Origin: an uncultured Candidatus Saccharibacteria bacterium | GTDB taxonomy: Bacteria > Patescibacteriota > Dojkabacteria > SC72 > WJKH01 | Length of the DNA stretch: 64,000 bases | Assembly (NCBI GenBank): GCA_964602665.1 | Contig: CAZRRH010000004.1 | Location: 16,169 to 80,168, forward strand | Direction of reading: 5' to 3' | Shown: positions 58,847 through 64,000 of the stretch, in pieces | How the letters are laid out: every line of letters begins with the position of its first letter | How positions within the stretch are numbered: the stretch's first letter is position 1 | The notes under the pieces: generated by a model | What the model was told of the DNA's origin: nothing | Database searches by the model: none | What the model saw: the letters and a program-made list of their open reading frames with translations, nothing else | Made by a program: the position numbers and the translations under genes

Positions 58847-59989
58847 CTACTCTTCGCTCAACTTTGCCGTTACCTCAGAGACCTGTCCATCTCGCCATAT
58901 TTTAATTTTTATTTCATCTCCTACTTTATATTTTTGAATCATCTGAGCCAAAGATACAAAAACTTTTTCGCCATCAATTTCCATTATGATATCACCTCTT
59001 TTTATTCCTGCTAATTCTGCGCCAGAGTTTGGGACAACCCTCTCAACCAATGCTCCCGGAACTACATTATAATAATAAGCTTCAAAGTCTGAGATTACTT
59101 GAGCAACTTGCACTCCTAGCATCGGCTTAATAAATTTGCCGTATTTGCGGTACTGAGAGAGCCTTTCTTTTACAACATTTATTGGCAATGCAAAAGAAAT
59201 ATTATCCGCACCAGCAACAGTAGCAAAATTTATCCCAATAACTTGCCCTGATAAATTTAACAGTGGTCCACCAGAGTTACCAAAATTAATTGATGCGTCA
59301 GTTTGAATAACCTGTTCATAGTTTTTTATAGATCTATTTAAGCCACTTATAACACCGGTTGTGACGCTACCAGCAAACTCTCCTAATGGCGTACCTATTG
59401 CTATTACAGATTGCCCTTCTGCTAAAAGATCACTATCTCCAATTTCAAGTGGCTGTAAATTAACATCTTCACAATCAACAAACTCTTTATCGTCTATACT
59501 GTTTTTTTTATGACAACTGCCAAGCACAAGCAACGCTATATCATTTACTGGATCAACATGTATAGTCTGTACATCAAACTGCCTTGAATCGTCTGTGATA
59601 ACTAAATAGGACTTTGAGCTATCACTTACTACATGATTATTTGTTAAAACTAATTTATTATCAATTACAAATCCGCTACCAATTTTCATACTATCATTCA
59701 TTACCCCATCGCTTCCCAATGACAAATCGTTTACAGCTACACTAACGACGCTACTTTTAGATTTTTTTACTACATTAATTACGGTGCTTTCTTCTTTTAT
59801 TACAGTAGTTGTACTACCATTTTCTTCTTTTATATTAATGAAGCTATGATTTTCAAGCCAAGAGACAGTAGCTGGATAAACCTTAACGCCGATCCAGAAT
59901 CCGGCTAAAATAAGTACAATTCCTGCAAAAATAAATCCAGATATCTTCAGGTATTTTTTGAGATTACTTTTCTTCTCGACTTCTTCCAT
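58847..59989 (-). CDS. htrA: HtrA/DegP serine protease with PDZ domain
   Basis: TNNHVV, DIAL, QTDASINFGNSGGPL, PDZ. Confidence 0.93.
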   Translation of the reverse strand: MEEVEKKSNLKKYLKISGFIFAGIVLILAGFWIGVKVYPATVSWLENHSFINIKEENGSTTTVIKEESTVINVVKKSKSSVVSVAVNDLSLGSDGVMNDSMKIGSGFVIDNKLVLTNNHVVSDSSKSYLVITDDSRQFDVQTIHVDPVNDIALLVLGSCHKKNSIDDKEFVDCEDVNLQPLEIGDSDLLAEGQSVIAIGTPLGEFAGSVTTGVISGLNRSIKNYEQVIQTDASINFGNSGGPLLNLSGQVIGINFATVAGADNISFALPINVVKERLSQYRKYGKFIKPMLGVQVAQVISDFEAYYYNVVPGALVERVVPNSGAELAGIKRGDIIMEIDGEKVFVSLAQMIQKYKVGDEIKIKIWRDGQVSEVTAKLSEE

Positions 59990-59997
59990 ATTTAAAG

Positions 59998-61287
59998 TTA
60001 GTTTGACAAATTATTTACAGCCTCTTTCATAAACAAGTCGATTTCTTCATCAGATTCTTCTGCCTCATAATCTATCTCTACATCAGGATGTACAGGGTCA
60101 TCAGGATTAATCCACTGCCCGCTAGGTAATAACCACTTAGCCGTTGTAATGTGTAGAGATGATTTATCAGAAAAAGGAATAACTATTTGAGCAGTGCCTT
60201 TTCCATAAGTCTTGGTTCCAATTATTTTTCCTCTGCCATAATGTTTTATAGCGCCAGCAAATATCTCAGACGCCGAAGCAGACCCCTCATTTACAAGCAC
60301 AACGATATTTTTATCTCTTAATTTACCCGCCCTTTCAGAAATAAACAATGTCTCTTTACCATCTCGATCTGATTGTTTTGCGAGTAAAACACCGTTGTCA
60401 AAAAACTCTTCAAGCGAATATATTGCAGCATTAAAAAATCCTCCCGGATTATTTCTTAAATCAATAATTATATTTTTTTTATCACTTTTTATAACCTGGT
60501 TAACCGCTTTATCCCACTCAGAGTTCCATATGCCTGGAGTGTCATCAGTAAACCTAGATACACTTATTACTGCAGTATTTTCATCGTAAGAGGAGAACTC
60601 ATCAGAATAATCTGACGGCTTTTTAACAGTTACGCTTGGGACAACAATTTTACCCCTTGTAATTTTAATATCAATCATCTCGTTTTCACCCTGCCTTAAT
60701 ACCGTCAAAACAATATCTGTACCAGCTTCGCCTCTTATTTTAGCAACTACATCATATACAGTATCAGAAACTTTTATCTCTTCTTGATCCAGTTTTATTA
60801 TTATATCGCCTACTTTAAGCCCAGCTGCTTCTGCTGGAGATCCTTTTATCGGGGTAACAACCTTAATAAGTCCATCTCTTTTGGCAAGCTCGGCACCAAT
60901 CCCTTCATATAATTTACCCGCACTTTGATCATTAAAATCTGCAGTTTCTTTTGGGTCCAAAAATACCGTTGCTGGATCCTCATAAGAATTAACAAGACCC
61001 TTTATTGAGCCGTAGATCATCTCTTCGTCATTATACTTACCCCTATCAACATACTCATCTCTTAAAGTATTCCAAACCTCCCAGTAAAGGTCCATGCTTG
61101 TCCTGGGCGTATTGTCATATTCATAAAGTAGATTGTTATTTAAAATGCCATTCTTACTGTTCTTATATAAAATTGAAGATGTTCCTAATAAATAGCCAGC
61201 AGATAAAGACACCAAAATCAATGTGAGTGTCCAAACAAATCTAAAAATTTTTGTTGCTTTAATACTACCTTCGCTCATAAACTTCAA
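59998..61287 (-). CDS. ctpA: C-terminal processing protease (S41)
   Basis: PDZ GIG, IDLRNNPGG, SASASEI, TYGKG. Confidence 0.92.
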   Translation of the reverse strand: MKFMSEGSIKATKIFRFVWTLTLILVSLSAGYLLGTSSILYKNSKNGILNNNLLYEYDNTPRTSMDLYWEVWNTLRDEYVDRGKYNDEEMIYGSIKGLVNSYEDPATVFLDPKETADFNDQSAGKLYEGIGAELAKRDGLIKVVTPIKGSPAEAAGLKVGDIIIKLDQEEIKVSDTVYDVVAKIRGEAGTDIVLTVLRQGENEMIDIKITRGKIVVPSVTVKKPSDYSDEFSSYDENTAVISVSRFTDDTPGIWNSEWDKAVNQVIKSDKKNIIIDLRNNPGGFFNAAIYSLEEFFDNGVLLAKQSDRDGKETLFISERAGKLRDKNIVVLVNEGSASASEIFAGAIKHYGRGKIIGTKTYGKGTAQIVIPFSDKSSLHITTAKWLLPSGQWINPDDPVHPDVEIDYEAEESDEEIDLFMKEAVNNLSN

Positions 61288-61310
61288 TTATATTACCAAA
61301 TTTTCTTAAA

Positions 61311-62180
61311 TTAATCAACAAAAGAAAGTGGTACCAAATCAATTTCATCAAAACACTCATCTGCGCCTATAAAAGAAATTGTATTTCCTTTTGAAGATAT
61401 ATTAACAGTACATTCATCAATTTTTCTATCTATGACAAAGTTCTCTTTATTTAACGGAACATGCCCAAATCCTGATAGTACGACAATGTTTCCTTCATGT
61501 TTGATGTAATCATTATAATCCATTGAATGGGTAATTATAGCTAATACTCCTCTTTGATTTAACGCAACAAGAAGATTCGCATAGAGATATTTGCCAACAT
61601 AAACAATTTTATCTTTCACATCAAGGCTTCTTATATCTCTCTCTGTATAAATCCCTTCCCCATTTCCAAGTACCAATAAATCACCAATTATACTTTTTTT
61701 TAGCGGAGTTTTTTTTGCTACAACTTCAAAATCAACTGTCTTAGCATTTATAACTATTTTTATTCCATTTTTAACATCTATGACCTGTCCTTCAAAGTTA
61801 GCGTTTACGACAGTATCATCTGTATAATCAACTATTTGCACTATTCCTTCGTCAATAAGACCCAGGTTCGCGACACCACTTTTATCTGGGTAAATAACTC
61901 TAACAGACATCTGATCAGCTCCTTTCTCAGATGCTATAACTGTTTGATCATCCACAAACTGCCCATCCACCACTTGTACAATTTCTTTACACCTGTTTGG
62001 TTTTATCTTTAATGCATTAGCCAAATCAAGCTGTTCAATTACTTTATTCCCCTGAACACTATACAATATATCTCCTTTATTAATAATATCTTTTTCTTTT
62101 ACATATATTTGTGCAGAATTTGGAATATCAACTGTAAATCTTTTTATTGAGCTTTGTTTTTTAAGTAATCGCCTTTTCAT
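61311..62180 (-). CDS. Hypothetical protein with barrel-sandwich-hybrid-like repeats
   Basis: VKEKDIINKGD and VVDGQFVDDQT repeats; translationally coupled to the upstream gene. Confidence 0.55.
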   Translation of the reverse strand: MKRRLLKKQSSIKRFTVDIPNSAQIYVKEKDIINKGDILYSVQGNKVIEQLDLANALKIKPNRCKEIVQVVDGQFVDDQTVIASEKGADQMSVRVIYPDKSGVANLGLIDEGIVQIVDYTDDTVVNANFEGQVIDVKNGIKIVINAKTVDFEVVAKKTPLKKSIIGDLLVLGNGEGIYTERDIRSLDVKDKIVYVGKYLYANLLVALNQRGVLAIITHSMDYNDYIKHEGNIVVLSGFGHVPLNKENFVIDRKIDECTVNISSKGNTISFIGADECFDEIDLVPLSFVD

Positions 62181-63418
62181 TTAAGAAGTCCCCATAATTT
62201 TAGTCTTTTCCTGTTATCCTTGCTTGTAGCGCCATACACAACAGGTTTGTTTCTACAATCTACAATAATACTATCAAAAACTGTTTTCAGAGGATCAAAG
62301 ATTATCTTTTCTGATTGAAATTTACCCCTATCAGTAGCTTTTATGTTAAAAACATAATTTTTAGACAAATAATCAGGTATATCGATAATATTTATTTCAG
62401 GAGTATAAACATAGCTATAATCCTGATCAAACTGATATTTTGCAAAAACTTTCCTTATGTCTTTCCTGTCAAATACCGAAGGTATTAAAACCTTTTTTGC
62501 AGGCGGAATTATATCTTTTGATCTAATTATTATATCTTTTGCATTACTTCCAAAAAAATAGTTGTACCCCCAGTTTATTATGTTTTTATTTGGATCCACA
62601 AACAAATCAAAGTCTTTATTAAATCCGAGTCCGTCAATTATTAACTTGGATAAAAACTTAATATCAAGTAATCTCGTAGCTGAGCCCGTTATTATCACGG
62701 CTTGACTGTTCTTTGCAAAAGCATCTTTCTTTCTAGAAAACTGCATGAGAGATTTAAGAAAATAAGCGTTATATGCATCATAAACACTTTCATCAACAAT
62801 GTTTTCATTGTCAGAATAAATTTCATTTGCCCAAAGATTTATATCAATATTGTTAGTTACATAGCTCACTCTAGAAATCACACCATCTTTTATCTGTAGT
62901 ACAGTATCATCTAAATCTGATCTAAGCTCATATTGTCCCGCATTCTCTAGACTTTCGCCGTCAATTCGGACTATTTTTATGCTATGCTTATTAACATCAA
63001 GATATAACATTTCACGATAACCGAGTTTCATCGTAACTTTTCTTATAATCTCTTCATGTGACTTTAAATCGATTTTTTTAACATATTCTCTAGGGAAATC
63101 TATCAACATTGCTGATATTCTTTCTTCTGCAGCAATCTCATACTCAGATATTCCAACATATTCTGACACCAAAGGCTTCATGCTTATTATATTTGCATCA
63201 AGATTATCAAGGATTTGCCATCCAAACTTCTTCCCTAAATCCCTAAAATATGTAATCCAAAAGCTATTAGAACCTTCTTCTAATATTGAGAGTAGTTTAT
63301 CTGTATTTAAAGCGGTAAAATCATTAAGGATATAAGATTCCCCATTTGCGAGATTGGTATAAGCTAAAGATGAGTAAATACCGTCTGAATCTATGTGGAC
63401 TTTAAGTTTGCATTTCAT
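62177..63418 (-). CDS. Degenerate ASKHA/GlmL (glutamate mutase L)-like protein
   Basis: HIDSDG, YLDVN, IITGS, IIDGL, IIVDCR.KP resemble the GlmL family layout. Confidence 0.45.
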   Translation of the reverse strand: MKCKLKVHIDSDGIYSSLAYTNLANGESYILNDFTALNTDKLLSILEEGSNSFWITYFRDLGKKFGWQILDNLDANIISMKPLVSEYVGISEYEIAAEERISAMLIDFPREYVKKIDLKSHEEIIRKVTMKLGYREMLYLDVNKHSIKIVRIDGESLENAGQYELRSDLDDTVLQIKDGVISRVSYVTNNIDINLWANEIYSDNENIVDESVYDAYNAYFLKSLMQFSRKKDAFAKNSQAVIITGSATRLLDIKFLSKLIIDGLGFNKDFDLFVDPNKNIINWGYNYFFGSNAKDIIIRSKDIIPPAKKVLIPSVFDRKDIRKVFAKYQFDQDYSYVYTPEINIIDIPDYLSKNYVFNIKATDRGKFQSEKIIFDPLKTVFDSIIVDCRNKPVVYGATSKDNRKRLKLWGLLK

Positions 63419-63485
63419 CTCTTGCGCCAATATTAGCACAAGAGACTGAAATTTGCAATTTTATTATTTTGATAAACGAAACAGT

Positions 63486-63506
63486 AAAGATCTCGACCAG
63501 ATCTTT
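63486..63506 (-). terminator. Hairpin after rpsR
   Basis: AAAGATCT-CGACC-AGATCTTT. Confidence 0.45.
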
Positions 63507-63512
63507 GACTCT

Positions 63513-63812
63513 TTATATTTCTTTTGCTACATAAGGCATAAGAGCTATTTGTCTTGCTCTTTTTATCTCTCTCGTAAGCTGTCTTTGATGTTTAGAACAA
63601 ACACCTGTCTTACTTGTAGGGATTATTTTGCCTTTAACAGTAACAAACTTCTTAAGCTGATAAATGTCTTTATACGATACCTCTTTTACTCCAGATGAGC
63701 AAAGTGGACATTTAAGCTTAGCTTTTTTTGTTGACTTTCTTCTCCTACCTTGATGAGATCCTTCATCATCATAGTAATTCTCTGTTTTTGTTTCTACTTC
63801 TTCATTAGCCAT
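63513..63812 (-). CDS. rpsR: 30S ribosomal protein S18
   Basis: CPLC, YKD, GKI, TGVCSKHQR, IKRAR..ALMPY. Confidence 0.95.
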   Translation of the reverse strand: MANEEVETKTENYYDDEGSHQGRRRKSTKKAKLKCPLCSSGVKEVSYKDIYQLKKFVTVKGKIIPTSKTGVCSKHQRQLTREIKRARQIALMPYVAKEI

Positions 63813-63831
63813 ATTTATATCTTATTATATT

Positions 63832-64000
63832 TTAAAATGGCAGGTCATCAATCTCTCCTGCCGATTGATTATCTGTATCTTCTCCATCCATCTCAGCAAG
63901 AAGCTCCTCAGGTGTTTTACCCGTGACGGCAACATCAGCTTTAACTGTGTCTTCACTTTTGCTGTATTCTCCCTTGCCTCGATCGTTTAATATTTTCATT
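63832..64000 (-). CDS. ssb: Single-stranded DNA-binding protein, 3' part
   Basis: Translated by hand; ends EIDDLPF*, directly upstream of rpsR. Confidence 0.9.
   Translation of the reverse strand, partial: MKILNDRGKGEYSKSEDTVKADVAVTGKTPEELLAEMDGEDTDNQSAGEIDDLPF

Noticed and set aside
619-63698. Many short antisense or overlapping ORFs in the six-frame track
   Set aside because: They shadow well-supported genes on the opposite strand or in another frame and show no family motifs.
1-64000. Stop-codon reassignment (code 25/4)
   Set aside because: Core genes are full length under code 11, and TGA terminates genes such as xer, pilD and sortase.

Overview
AT-rich, gene-dense bacterial chromosome segment in genetic code 11. 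Gene content and style suggest Patescibacteria/CPR, possibly Dojkabacteria/Microgenomates-like (inference). From left to right it holds: a type IV pilus cluster (pilB, pilT, pilC, tandem pilins, pilD, minor pilins, an orphan receiver protein, a Cys-rich putative adhesin, partial pilM); holB-gyrB-membrane protein-gyrA; a PAP2/VanY fusion; a JAB-like protein; an orphan block with a 1741-aa membrane metallophosphoesterase protein; a Xer recombinase with an adjacent dif-like site; ruvCAB and yebC; tRNA-Leu(CAA) with a 46-nt variable arm; dnaB; a ligand-less CsoR-like repressor with sortase; rpmE-prfA-prmC; manB, murB and HTH-murA; a cell-wall-linked cluster; htrA, ctpA, a GlmL-like pair, rpsR and partial ssb. 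The best candidate for a new system is the 50.5-58.8 kb cluster: an unannotated LysW-like carrier protein ending in EEEK, an ATE1/Bpt-like aminoacyl-tRNA transferase, a Mur ligase, a PLP enzyme, a DUF4185 protein, an ATP-grasp ligase, an NlpC/P60 enzyme and mraY. Two other stand-outs are the long-armed tRNA and a TATATACCC-N4/5-GGGTATATA palindrome that recurs inside unrelated genes. All product calls come from motif recognition by eye; no searches were run.
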